A stretch of 39,322 bases of DNA, from IMG/VR virus record IMGVR_UViG_3300022661_000031. The stretch is one strand, 5' to 3'. Made by a program: the position numbers and the translations under genes. Below, one piece after another: positions 1-8,580 of the stretch. Below the pieces are notes generated by a model. It ran no database searches and had not been told where the DNA came from. It saw only the letters and a list, made by a program, of their open reading frames with translations. This DNA is from a virus. The first letter of the stretch is position 1; every line of letters begins with the position of its first letter.

Positions 1-101
1 GCACAAGTTTTTCAACCTTCAGCTCCTGGACGACGGCGGCCAGGGCGGCGCTGGCAATGGCCAGGGCGGCAACGCCGGATCTGGCAACGGCGGCCAGGCA
101 G
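1..101. repeat. Terminal overlap, identical to 39222..39322
   Basis: Read directly: gcacaagtttttcaacc...ggcggccaggcag is present at both ends. Confidence 0.97.
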
Positions 102-625
102 GAAACGCCGGGAACAATGGCGGCAACAACGGCGCCAGCTACAGCTTCCAGCAGGCCGAAGAAATTGCAAACGCCCGCGCCTCTCGTGCTGAGAGGGCTG
201 CGCTCGCTTCCTACTTCCAGCAGCAGGGACTCAGCGAGGAGCAGATCAACCAGGCAATCGCAGACTATAAGGCCCAGCAGGCAGCGCAGAGGCCCAACGT
301 GGACGCCATCACCAAGGAGCGCGACGACGCTCGCGCTGAACTGGCCGCTCTGAAGAATGGCCAGAAGCTCACCCAGCTGGGAGTCCGTCCTGAGTTCTCT
401 CGCTTCGTTCTCTCTGAGATCGACGCCCTGATGAAAGAGGACAGCAAGCTGGACTTCGACAAGGCTGCGGCCAAGTTCCTGAAGGACAACCCGCAGTATA
501 AGACTGGGAACAGTTCCTACCGCGTAAAAACTGGCACTGATGGCTCCGGAGCTGGCAGCTCCGGCGATAAGGGCAACGCCTTCATCAACGACGCCATCCG
601 CAGAGCTGCGCGGAAATCTTTCTAA
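2..625 (+). CDS. Scaffolding protein, 3' part
   Basis: Frame is open from nt 2 with no stop before the listed 299..625 ORF. Gly/Asn/Gln-rich stretch followed by a charged helical region. Lies directly upstream of the major capsid gene. Confidence 0.75.
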   Translation, partial: HKFFNLQLLDDGGQGGAGNGQGGNAGSGNGGQAGNAGNNGGNNGASYSFQQAEEIANARASRAERAALASYFQQQGLSEEQINQAIADYKAQQAAQRPNVDAITKERDDARAELAALKNGQKLTQLGVRPEFSRFVLSEIDALMKEDSKLDFDKAAAKFLKDNPQYKTGNSSYRVKTGTDGSGAGSSGDKGNAFINDAIRRAARKSF

Positions 626-646
626 ACATTATGGAGGTACAACCAC

Positions 647-1618
647 ATGAAAAAGTTTTTCAATCTTCAGCTGTTTGACACTGACGTCAACATCATCGAC
701 CGCTCCGGCGCGGAGTCTCTGATCCCCGACGACCGTGCGGCCGAAATCATCCAGGGCGCCATCGCCCAGTCCACCGTCCTGTCCATGGGCCGCCGTCTGG
801 CTAACATGACCGCAGCCCAGAGCCGTCTGCCTGTTCTGGACGCTCTGCCTGTCGCTTACTTCGTGAACGGCGACGCCGGTCAGAAGAAGACCACCAAGCA
901 GGCCTGGGACAAGAAGGTCATCTACGCCGAGGAGATCGCGGTCATCGTTCCCATCCCCGAGGCAGTTCTGGACGACGCTGACTATGACATCTGGGGCGAG
1001 GTCCGTCCTCGTCTTCAGGAGGCCTTCGGCCAGGTCATCGACGCCGCTGTCCTGTTCGGCACTGACAAGCCTGCAACCTGGCGCGAGGGCCTGGTGCCTT
1101 CCGCTGTCGCTGCCGGCGCCACTAAGGCTCTGACCGCTGACCTCTACACCGACCTGCTCGGCGAGGGCGGCGTGATCTCCAAGGTCGAGGAGTCCGGCTA
1201 CTTCGTCACCGGCCACGCCGCTGACATTTCCATGCGTGCGAAGCTGCGCGGCCTGAAGGACGGCAACGAGCGTCCTCTGTTCCTCAGCTCCATGCAGAAC
1301 ACTGGCAACTACAGCCTGGACGGCTCTGCCATCAACTTCCCTCGCAACGGCTCCTTCGACAAGGCTCAGGCCCTTCTGATCTCCGGCGACTTCTCTCAGC
1401 TGGTTTACAGCATCCGCCAGGACATCACCTTCAAGCTGTTCACCGAGGGCGTGGTGCAGAACACCGACGGCTCCATCGCCTACAACCTGATGCAGAACGA
1501 CATGGTCGCTCTCCGTGCCGTAATGCGTCTGGGCTGGGAGATCCCCAACCCTGTCAACGCCATGGCCAAGGACAAGGCGAAGCGCTTCCCGTTCGCTGTT
1601 CTGACTCCTGGCGCCTAA
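647..1618 (+). CDS. Major capsid protein (HK97-fold type by position and size) with an L27-like N-terminal propeptide motif
   Basis: 323 aa with RBS ggaggt. N-terminus MKKFFNLQLFD. Sits between the scaffold and head-tail genes. Confidence 0.85.
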   Translation: MKKFFNLQLFDTDVNIIDRSGAESLIPDDRAAEIIQGAIAQSTVLSMGRRLANMTAAQSRLPVLDALPVAYFVNGDAGQKKTTKQAWDKKVIYAEEIAVIVPIPEAVLDDADYDIWGEVRPRLQEAFGQVIDAAVLFGTDKPATWREGLVPSAVAAGATKALTADLYTDLLGEGGVISKVEESGYFVTGHAADISMRAKLRGLKDGNERPLFLSSMQNTGNYSLDGSAINFPRNGSFDKAQALLISGDFSQLVYSIRQDITFKLFTEGVVQNTDGSIAYNLMQNDMVALRAVMRLGWEIPNPVNAMAKDKAKRFPFAVLTPGA

Positions 1619-1637
1619 GTAAAGGAGGTGCAGCCTG

Positions 1638-2063
1638 ATGTACGTCTCCTATGATTTTTACAAGCAGACCTTCGGGGACACGATCCCCGAGGCTGACTTC
1701 TCCAAAGTCGAGGCCAAGGCGGAGGCGGTCATCGGCTACCTGACCTATATCAACGGGGACATCTTCGCCAAAGAGGACAACCGCGTCAAGCTCGCGGTCT
1801 GCGCTGCGGCGGAGGTCGTCCATTATCACAACAACCAGGCCAGCGCAAACGGCAACCAGGCTGCAGGTGTGAAAAGCGAGACCAACGACGGCTACTCCGT
1901 GACCTACATCACGGAGGGCCAGGATGGCCAGACCGCTGAGGAGCTGCTCCGCAAGAAGATCCTCGAAGCGATCCGCGTCTACCTGCTGCCGACCGGATGG
2001 CTGAGCCGATCCCTGAAGGGAGGCTGCCGCCATGTATGTGCAGACTGCGATAACAGTCTTTAA
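1638..2063 (+). CDS. Head-tail connector (gp6-like DNA-packaging/adaptor protein)
   Basis: 141 aa with RBS aaggagg. First gene after the capsid gene, and the N-terminus MYVSYDFYKQTFGD...EADF is typical of gp6-like adaptors. Confidence 0.6.
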   Translation: MYVSYDFYKQTFGDTIPEADFSKVEAKAEAVIGYLTYINGDIFAKEDNRVKLAVCAAAEVVHYHNNQASANGNQAAGVKSETNDGYSVTYITEGQDGQTAEELLRKKILEAIRVYLLPTGWLSRSLKGGCRHVCADCDNSL

Positions 2064-2457
2064 CAAACGCCTGGGCGCTGATCGGCGCGAGGTCTACTTC
2101 CCGACCTGCATCCGCAGCGCGTCCTTCCTGGAGAACAAGAGCTCCGGCCACTCTACGGACGGAGCTCACTCCCAGAGCCTCGCCTACAAGCTGAGGATCC
2201 CGCTGGGAGCGAAGATCCAGGACGGCCGGAGCTACGTCCCGGCGGAGAAGTTCCGCCAGCTGGACGAGGATGCAGCCGCCAAGGCGTGGACGCTCCAGAC
2301 CGGCGACTATGTGCTGCCTATGGCGACCGAGCTGACGGCTCCGGTCGATCAGAAGCAGATGGAGGCGCTCGGCCAGCTGATCTACGTCAAGGAGTACGCG
2401 GACAACACCATCAGAGGCTCGGCCGCCGTGAAGCACTGGCGGATCGGAGGCGAATAA
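2032..2457 (+). CDS. Head-tail joining / minor capsid-family protein (exact family uncertain)
   Basis: 141 aa. Synteny supports the call. The start overlaps the upstream gene by 32 nt. Confidence 0.5.
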   Translation: MYVQTAITVFNKRLGADRREVYFPTCIRSASFLENKSSGHSTDGAHSQSLAYKLRIPLGAKIQDGRSYVPAEKFRQLDEDAAAKAWTLQTGDYVLPMATELTAPVDQKQMEALGQLIYVKEYADNTIRGSAAVKHWRIGGE

Positions 2458-2831
2458 TGGCGTTTAAGCCCATCACCAACCCCAGGGGCGCCATCATCCA
2501 GGGAAAGAACGGCAAGGCCGAGCTGATCTGGAACGCCGGCTGCGCCCCGAGAATGAACGAAGTGCTCAGCAAGAAGCAGGAGATCATCGACAGCGAAGTG
2601 CTCAGGCTCTGCGCTCCGATGGTCCCTAAGCGCACCGGCGCCCTGGAGCGATCCGGCACGCTGGGCACCGTCATCGGCTCCGGCGAGGTGCAGTACATCG
2701 CACCATACGCCCGCAAGCAGTATTACAACACCAGCCAGACCCGCAGCTACGACTCCAGGCGTGGCGGTATGTGGTTTGAGCGAATGAAAACCGCACACAG
2801 GACGCAGATCCTGAAGCTGGTCAACAAGTAA
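2457..2831 (+). CDS. Minor capsid / tail-completion protein (HK97 gp10-like)
   Basis: Internal ATG at 2457 overlaps the upstream TAA. Product starts MAFKPITNPRG and contains YARKQYY...GGMWFERMK. The track ORF's 5' extension from 2286 overlaps the previous gene and is not used. Confidence 0.6.
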   Translation: MAFKPITNPRGAIIQGKNGKAELIWNAGCAPRMNEVLSKKQEIIDSEVLRLCAPMVPKRTGALERSGTLGTVIGSGEVQYIAPYARKQYYNTSQTRSYDSRRGGMWFERMKTAHRTQILKLVNK

Positions 2832-2843
2832 AGGAGGCCCGAA

Positions 2844-3269
2844 ATGGTCAAGTCAATCATCGAGGGCGTCGCTGACTTCTTCAAGGACTGCCCTCTCCTC
2901 AGTGCCGGAGTGTTCCGCGTGGACGCCCTGGGAGACGAGCCGCAGGAGTACACCATCGAGACCGGGATCTTCAACCCGATCATCGAGACGTACATCGACG
3001 GCAGCTCCGACCGGCGCTACCAGTTCAACTTCGGCAGCCGGGAGTATTACAGCATGGACCGGCTCCAGAACATCGCCAACAGCACCTTCTACGAGGACTT
3101 CGCCAACTGGGTCGAAGCTCAGGAGGCTGCCGGCAATTTCCCGGAGCTGCCGGAAGGTATGCACCCGGAACAGCTCAGCGTGCTCTCGTCTGGCTATATG
3201 TTCGACGAGTCCATGAGGAACGCACGCTACCAGATCCAGTTAGAACTCATCTATCACAAGGAGGCATAA
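2844..3269 (+). CDS. Head-tail joining / tail terminator-like protein
   Basis: 141 aa with RBS aaggagg. Last gene before the tail tube gene. Confidence 0.5.
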   Translation: MVKSIIEGVADFFKDCPLLSAGVFRVDALGDEPQEYTIETGIFNPIIETYIDGSSDRRYQFNFGSREYYSMDRLQNIANSTFYEDFANWVEAQEAAGNFPELPEGMHPEQLSVLSSGYMFDESMRNARYQIQLELIYHKEA

Positions 3270-3273
3270 GCAC

Positions 3274-3840
3274 ATGAAAAAGTTCAATCTCCAGCTCTTT
3301 GACGAGAGCCGTGCCGCCCTGCTTCGCAACGCCATCGCGGACTATGCCGAGATCGACGGCGTCTTCGAGCTCATGGGCACCGGCTTCACGACTCTGGATG
3401 AGAGCCCCAACGCACAGACCGACAGCGAGACCTACATCAACGAGAGTACCGCGTCCACTGACATCACCGGCTACGAGACGGAGTTCTCCTATGAGTCCCG
3501 TCTGATCCCTTCCCAGAAGGCGATCTACAAGCTCTGGAAGATGGGCCGCGACCATGCGACCGGCACTGACGCCCAGCTGAAGTACGTCCGCGTCGAGCTG
3601 TTCAACCCTGTCGGCGAGCCCTCTGAGGCTGCTGCCGAATACACCGCCCGCCTGTTCACCGTGGCCAATGAGGTCAGCGACAACTCCGGCGCCGGCGGCG
3701 AGAAGATCAGCGTCTCCGGCGTGCTGCACGCTGTCGGCGATCCTATCCAGGGCAAGTTCGACACCGTGGCCAAGAAGTTCACGGCCGGCGACTTCAAGGG
3801 CAAGTACGACACCGCAGCAACTCCTGCGGCTCAGTCCTAA
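3274..3840 (+). CDS. Major tail (tube) protein carrying an L27-like N-terminal motif
   Basis: 188 aa. Lies between the head-tail genes and the chaperone/tape-measure genes. N-terminus MKKFNLQLFDE. Followed by a strong terminator. Confidence 0.7.
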   Translation: MKKFNLQLFDESRAALLRNAIADYAEIDGVFELMGTGFTTLDESPNAQTDSETYINESTASTDITGYETEFSYESRLIPSQKAIYKLWKMGRDHATGTDAQLKYVRVELFNPVGEPSEAAAEYTARLFTVANEVSDNSGAGGEKISVSGVLHAVGDPIQGKFDTVAKKFTAGDFKGKYDTAATPAAQS

Positions 3841-3894
3841 ACAACGCAACAACTGGCTCCGCGCGACTGGCCTGATCAGGCAGTGAGCGACCAG

Positions 3895-3935
3895 GCACCA
3901 GCAGGCCGAACGGTGCAGCCTGCTGGTGCTTTTTA
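3895..3935 (+). terminator. Rho-independent terminator after the tail tube gene
   Basis: 12-bp perfect stem gcaccagcaggc / gcctgctggtgc (3895-3906 / 3918-3929) followed by ttttt. Confidence 0.8.
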
Positions 3936-3966
3936 ATAACACCGACCAATGGAGGAAAACAGAATA

Positions 3967-4371
3967 ATGGAATTGATCATTAACAACGTCAAGCTCGAAG
4001 GCGACCTGATGGACGCCGACTTCATGGAGAAGTTCGAGACCGCGATGATTAAAATGCGCGACACGGCTCAGCAGAAAAGAAGCGAGAACTTCCCGACCGC
4101 TGCGGCCAACTACCGCGCACAGTGCGAGGTGGTCAACACCTGCTTCGACGAGATCTTCGGCGCCGGCACGGCTGCCAAGCTGTTCGGCGGCAAGATGAAC
4201 GTCATGGAGCACCTGAAGGCCATCGAGAAGGTGAGCGACTGGGCTGCCGGAGAACGCAAGACCCTGAACGACTTCACCAACCGCTACACCCAGCGCCAGC
4301 AGAACGCCGTCCGTAATATGCAGACCGCGCAGTTCGTCTCTCAGAAGCACGGCAAGGGTAAAAAGCACTGA
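3967..4371 (+). CDS. Tail assembly chaperone (gpG-like)
   Basis: ATG at 3967 sits 9 nt after ggagga. The track start at 3949 lies inside that RBS. Position is immediately upstream of the tape measure module. Confidence 0.6.
   Translation: MELIINNVKLEGDLMDADFMEKFETAMIKMRDTAQQKRSENFPTAAANYRAQCEVVNTCFDEIFGAGTAAKLFGGKMNVMEHLKAIEKVSDWAAGERKTLNDFTNRYTQRQQNAVRNMQTAQFVSQKHGKGKKH
4357..4365 (+). promoter_or_regulatory. Candidate -1 slippery site GGU AAA AAG for a chaperone G-T fusion
   Basis: The -1 frame opens only at 4362, after TAA at 4359-4361, and the 0 frame stops at 4369-4371. Any fusion must therefore form within the AAAAAG run. Confidence 0.4.
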
Positions 4372-4376
4372 ATTTA

Positions 4377-5012
4377 TTGATCGACGGCCTGCCGGAACAG
4401 GTCGAGATCGCGGGCCAGATGGTCCCGATCAGCAGTGACTTCCGGACGGGGATCCTGTTCGAGGAAGTGCTGCAAGACCCAGGGCTCGATGATCTGGAGA
4501 AGCTCCAGACCGCCCTGCACCTGTATTTCCCCGGCGTCGTCTTCGATTATGACGTGCTCGATGAAGCACTCGGCAAGCTGGTCTGGTTTTATCGCTGCGG
4601 CACGGATCCCGCAGAGACGACGGGCGAAACGTCCGGCGCCGCCGACGAGGACCCGCCCTTCTCCTACGAGCACGACGCTGATTATATTTATTCCGCGTTT
4701 ATGCAGGCCTACGGCCTGGATCTGGCGCGGCATCCCCTCCACTGGTGGCAGTTCCGAGCCCTCTTTAGATCGCTCCCTGAAGACACGCAGCTGGTCAAAA
4801 TCATCGGCTACCGCACGATGAAGATCCCGGCCAAGATCTCCAAGGAGCAGCGGCAGCACTATGAGCATCTGAAGCGCGTCTATGCGCTCCCTCAGTCGGC
4901 TGACCGTCAGCAGCTCGAAAGTGACCTTAACAAACTACTTATGAACGGCGGCAACCCTGCCGCACTTTTGAATGGTAGCGAGGTACGGTCATGGCATCAG
5001 ATGGAACCCTAA
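4377..5012 (+). CDS. Gp15-like tail protein, possibly the T part of a gpGT-like frameshift product
   Basis: 211 aa. Has only a TTG start and no Shine-Dalgarno sequence. Product starts IDGLPEQVEIAGQMVPISSDFRTGILFEE. Lies in the -1 frame relative to the upstream chaperone. Confidence 0.6.
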   Translation: MIDGLPEQVEIAGQMVPISSDFRTGILFEEVLQDPGLDDLEKLQTALHLYFPGVVFDYDVLDEALGKLVWFYRCGTDPAETTGETSGAADEDPPFSYEHDADYIYSAFMQAYGLDLARHPLHWWQFRALFRSLPEDTQLVKIIGYRTMKIPAKISKEQRQHYEHLKRVYALPQSADRQQLESDLNKLLMNGGNPAALLNGSEVRSWHQMEP

Positions 5013-7660
5013 AATTTGATACAAGCCTGGACTCCGGCGGTCTACAGTCGGGGATGGGCAAGGTCGCGAGCATCGCCCAGCAGGCGCTGGGCGTGTTCAG
5101 CGGCCAGATGATGACCAGGGCAGTCGATAGCCTGGTCAACCTCGGGAAGACAGCCCTCGACAGCGTGGGCGCTCTCGAACAGAATGTGGGCGGCGTCGAG
5201 ACGCTGTTCGGCGACACGGCTGACGCTGTCATCGCCGCAGCTGATCGCGCCTACCAGACGGCGGGAATGTCCGCCAACGACTACATGAGCACGGTCACGA
5301 GCTTCTCGGCGTCCCTGCTCCAGTCCCTCAGCGGAAACACTGAGGAAGCCGCCAAAGTGGCGGATATGGCCATCATCGACATGGCCGACAATGCGAACAA
5401 GATGGGCACGTCCATGGATATGATCCAGAACGCGTACCAGGGCTTCGCAAAACAGAACTACACCATGCTGGACAACCTGAAGCTGGGCTACGGCGGCACG
5501 AAGACCGAGATGGAGCGACTGCTGGCCGACGCTCAGGAGCTGACGGGCGTCAAGTATGACATCAACAACCTGAATGACGTCTACCAGGCGATCCACGTGA
5601 TCCAGGAGGAAATGGGGATCACCGGCACGACTGCCAAGGAAGCCTCCGAGACTCTGGAGGGCTCCATGGCTGCGGCCAAGGCTGCCTGGGACAACTTTAT
5701 GAACGGATCGAGCGACGCCGACCAGCTGGCCGACGCCTTCGCTACGGCTGCGGACAACATCGTCAACAACCTGGCCGAGATCGTCCCGCGCTTCGCTGAA
5801 ACGCTGCCGGCTCTGGCTGGCGCCATCGTGTCGCAGATCCCGGATCTGGCCGCTGCCATTGTGCCGGCCGTTCTCTCTGCTGGCCAGAGTATTCTGGAGC
5901 AGGCCCGTGACGCCGTCCTCGACTTTGACTTCGAGGGCATGGCCGAGATGGTCGTGGAGTCCATCACGGACTTCATCAACGGCGACGGCCTCCGCTCCTT
6001 CCTGGGCTGCCTGGTGGATATTTTCACCGGCATCGTCAACGGTATCAGCTCCATGCTGCCGACGCTCCTGCCGGCTCTCGTCGAGCTGATCGCCTACACC
6101 GTGACCACCCTGATCGACCAGCTGCCGGCGCTTCTGGACTGCGCTCTCCAGCTGATCATGGGCCTGGCCGATGGCATCCTCGCCGCGCTTCCCGTTCTGA
6201 TCGAGGCGCTGCCGGAGGTCATCAGCTCCATCGTGCAGTTCCTGATCTCGGCCGTCCCGCAGATCATTGACGCCGGCATCGAGCTCCTGATGGCACTGGT
6301 GGACGCCCTGCCCGTCATCATCGACGCGCTGGTAGACGCCCTGCCTCAGATCATCGAGGCCACCGTGACGGCTCTGATCGCCGCAGCGCCTCAGATCGTC
6401 GAGGCTGGCATCAAGCTCCTGGGCGCCCTGGTCGAAGCCATCCCGGTCATCGTGGTCGATCTGGCGAAGGCCGTGCCGGACATCATCACGGCCATCATCG
6501 ACGTGCTGGCCGAGCTCCCGGATCTGATCGGTGAAGTCTTCGCCGAGATCGTGACGGACCTCGTCGAGTGGGGCACGGATATGGGCAGCAAGGCCCAGAA
6601 GCTGATCAGCGACCTCTGCACAAAGGTCTCCAACGTGCTGAGAAACCTGCCGGGGCAGATCTGGACGCACCTGGTCAACGCGGTCACGAGAGTGGTGCAG
6701 TGGGGCCAGCAGATGCTCAGCAATGCCTCCACGGCCATGAGCAACCTGCTCAGCAAGGTCAACAGCATCATCCAGCAGCTGCCTGGCAAGATCTGGACGC
6801 ACCTGGTCAACGCAGTGACCAAGGTCGTGCAGTGGGGCCAGCAGATGCTCAGCAACGCCTCGACCGCAATGAGCAATATGCTCAGCAAGGTCAACAGCAT
6901 CATCCAGGAGCTGCCCGGAAAGATCTGGACGCACCTGGTCAATGCCGTCAATAAGGTGGTGGCGTGGGGCCAGCAGATGGTCTCCAACGCTTCGACCGCT
7001 GCGAGCAATATGCTCAGCAAGGTCGCCAGCACGCTCCAGCAGCTCCCGGGCAAGGTCTGGGACTATCTGAGCCAGGCGGCCCAGAAGGTCGTCACCTGGG
7101 GCACTCAGCTGGCTCAGAAGGGCGCCGCAGCGGCGACCCAGCTGTTCAACTCCATCGTCAACGGCCTGGCAAGCCTGCCGAGCAAGATGGCGGAGATCGG
7201 CAGCAACATCATCAGCGGCATCTGGAACGGCATCAGCTCCGGCTGGAGCTGGCTGACGAATAAGGTCAGCAGCCTGGCCAGCAGCCTGCTGGACGCTGCG
7301 AAGAACGCCCTCGGCATCAACTCCCCGTCCAAAGAGTTCGCGGACGAGGTCGGCCGCTGGATCATGCCCGGCGTGGGCAAGGGCCTGGACAAGACCATGC
7401 CTGCAACGCTGAAGGACATGGAAGCCAAGGCCGGCGAGCTCGTCAGCGCCATGCGGGCCGAGATGTCGGCAAGCGCCGGACAGCTCTCCGTCGGAGCTTC
7501 GCACGCTGCGGGGCTGAGGATGGCAGGCGCCGGCACTACCGTCTACTATGACAATCGCATGGAGCAGAGCAACACCTACAACGTGCCCGTGGCTACTCCT
7601 TCCGAGGTGGCCAAGAAGCAGCGCGAGGCTCTGCGGAACATGGTCGGAGGTGTGAAATGA
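4991..7660 (+). CDS. Tape measure protein
   Basis: 889 aa, Ala/Leu/Ile-rich helical protein with internal repeats. Canonical position. Confidence 0.9.
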   Translation: MASDGTLKFDTSLDSGGLQSGMGKVASIAQQALGVFSGQMMTRAVDSLVNLGKTALDSVGALEQNVGGVETLFGDTADAVIAAADRAYQTAGMSANDYMSTVTSFSASLLQSLSGNTEEAAKVADMAIIDMADNANKMGTSMDMIQNAYQGFAKQNYTMLDNLKLGYGGTKTEMERLLADAQELTGVKYDINNLNDVYQAIHVIQEEMGITGTTAKEASETLEGSMAAAKAAWDNFMNGSSDADQLADAFATAADNIVNNLAEIVPRFAETLPALAGAIVSQIPDLAAAIVPAVLSAGQSILEQARDAVLDFDFEGMAEMVVESITDFINGDGLRSFLGCLVDIFTGIVNGISSMLPTLLPALVELIAYTVTTLIDQLPALLDCALQLIMGLADGILAALPVLIEALPEVISSIVQFLISAVPQIIDAGIELLMALVDALPVIIDALVDALPQIIEATVTALIAAAPQIVEAGIKLLGALVEAIPVIVVDLAKAVPDIITAIIDVLAELPDLIGEVFAEIVTDLVEWGTDMGSKAQKLISDLCTKVSNVLRNLPGQIWTHLVNAVTRVVQWGQQMLSNASTAMSNLLSKVNSIIQQLPGKIWTHLVNAVTKVVQWGQQMLSNASTAMSNMLSKVNSIIQELPGKIWTHLVNAVNKVVAWGQQMVSNASTAASNMLSKVASTLQQLPGKVWDYLSQAAQKVVTWGTQLAQKGAAAATQLFNSIVNGLASLPSKMAEIGSNIISGIWNGISSGWSWLTNKVSSLASSLLDAAKNALGINSPSKEFADEVGRWIMPGVGKGLDKTMPATLKDMEAKAGELVSAMRAEMSASAGQLSVGASHAAGLRMAGAGTTVYYDNRMEQSNTYNVPVATPSEVAKKQREALRNMVGGVK
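6647..7174 (+). repeat. Four tandem 132-bp (44-codon) repeats inside the tape measure gene
   Basis: Units start at 6647, 6779, 6911 and 7043 (LPG[QK]IWTHLVNAV..WGQQM.SNAST). The fourth unit is diverged. Confidence 0.9.
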
Positions 7661-8577
7661 CAGTAAACACATTAACCATCGAGCTGACCTGCAACGGCAA
7701 GACCCTCAGAATGGGCCCGGGCGAGGACATTGACATCACTGCCGTGTCCGGCCTGGAGTCCTCCGAGGTGGAGATCAGCACATCAGACAACGCCCTGGTG
7801 GACGGGGCGTCTGTCGATGGCAAGAAGATCAAACCGAGGCCGATCCACATCGAGGCCAGCTTCAGAAGCAACAAGAACAACCCGGAAAACCGGGCCAAAG
7901 TAATCAAGTTTTTCAATCCGAAGTACACCGGCAAGGCGCTCATCACCAACATGGGCGTCAGCCGCAACATCGAGTACGAGCTGGAGGGCTGGACCTTCGC
8001 AGCATCGAAGAACATGGACAGCAAGCTGAAGATCCTGGTGGATCTGATCTGTCCGGACCCTTATATGCTCAATGTGGACAACTTCGGCAAGAACATGGCG
8101 AACATCACGCCGTTGTTCTCTTTCCCCTGGATCTCCCTCAGCAAGAGGATGGAGACGGGCAAGCTGGACTACAAGCCGGAAGCCCGTGGCCTTCTCCTGG
8201 GCGGCAACACTGCCGGCTATAGAACGCTGAAGAAGGAGGTCGTGCTGAGCAACGACGGAGACGTCCCGACTGGCGTCCAGATCCAGTTCATCGCGACCAG
8301 GGGCACCGTGGTCAACCCTAAGATCACAAACACCGGCACGGGCCAGTTCATGCGCGTGAATGTCACGATGCAGACCGGCGACGTGCTTCTCATCGACACC
8401 AACGACCGGCACCAGGTCATCACTCTGAACGGCGTCAACTACTACCAGCACATCGACCGCCGGAGTGAGCCCTTCAAGCTGGACGTGGGCGACAACTATC
8501 TGGAGTACGACGCGGATGGGAACTACACCAACCTGGACGTCAATCTGTTCTACACTCCGAAATATCTGGGGGTGTAA
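7657..8577 (+). CDS. Distal tail protein (Dit-like)
   Basis: 306 aa. ATGA overlap with the tape measure stop. First gene after the tape measure gene. Confidence 0.65.
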   Translation: MTVNTLTIELTCNGKTLRMGPGEDIDITAVSGLESSEVEISTSDNALVDGASVDGKKIKPRPIHIEASFRSNKNNPENRAKVIKFFNPKYTGKALITNMGVSRNIEYELEGWTFAASKNMDSKLKILVDLICPDPYMLNVDNFGKNMANITPLFSFPWISLSKRMETGKLDYKPEARGLLLGGNTAGYRTLKKEVVLSNDGDVPTGVQIQFIATRGTVVNPKITNTGTGQFMRVNVTMQTGDVLLIDTNDRHQVITLNGVNYYQHIDRRSEPFKLDVGDNYLEYDADGNYTNLDVNLFYTPKYLGV

Positions 8578-8580
8578 AGC

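Noticed and set aside
1-101. Terminal repeats read as true direct terminal repeats or cos ends
   Set aside because: The repeat lies inside an ORF that is continuous across the junction, which points to an assembly overlap of a circular or permuted genome.
57-353. 98-aa plus-strand ORF at the window start
   Set aside because: It is an alternative frame of the scaffolding gene. The scaffold frame is continuous with ATG 39220 across the junction and carries the conserved N-terminal motif.
3870-3881. Perfect 12-bp palindrome GCCTGATCAGGC downstream of the tail tube gene
   Set aside because: It is a single short palindrome next to a clear terminator, with no repeats or partner sites to suggest function.
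6647-7174. Possible CRISPR-like or non-coding repeat array
   Set aside because: The repeats are in frame within the tape measure ORF with no unique spacers. No CRISPR array, tRNA or rRNA gene was seen anywhere in the window.
5042-7672. 876-aa ORF on the minus strand opposite the tape measure gene. Similar long antisense ORFs occur at 27566-30067, 21848-23629, 24219-25679, 14337-15935, 3247-4368, 36018-37238 and elsewhere.
   Set aside because: These are shadow ORFs, typical of GC-rich DNA. Their products are Arg/Gly/Ala/Leu-rich with no recognisable motifs, they have no RBS, and each lies fully opposite a plus-strand gene with clear family motifs.
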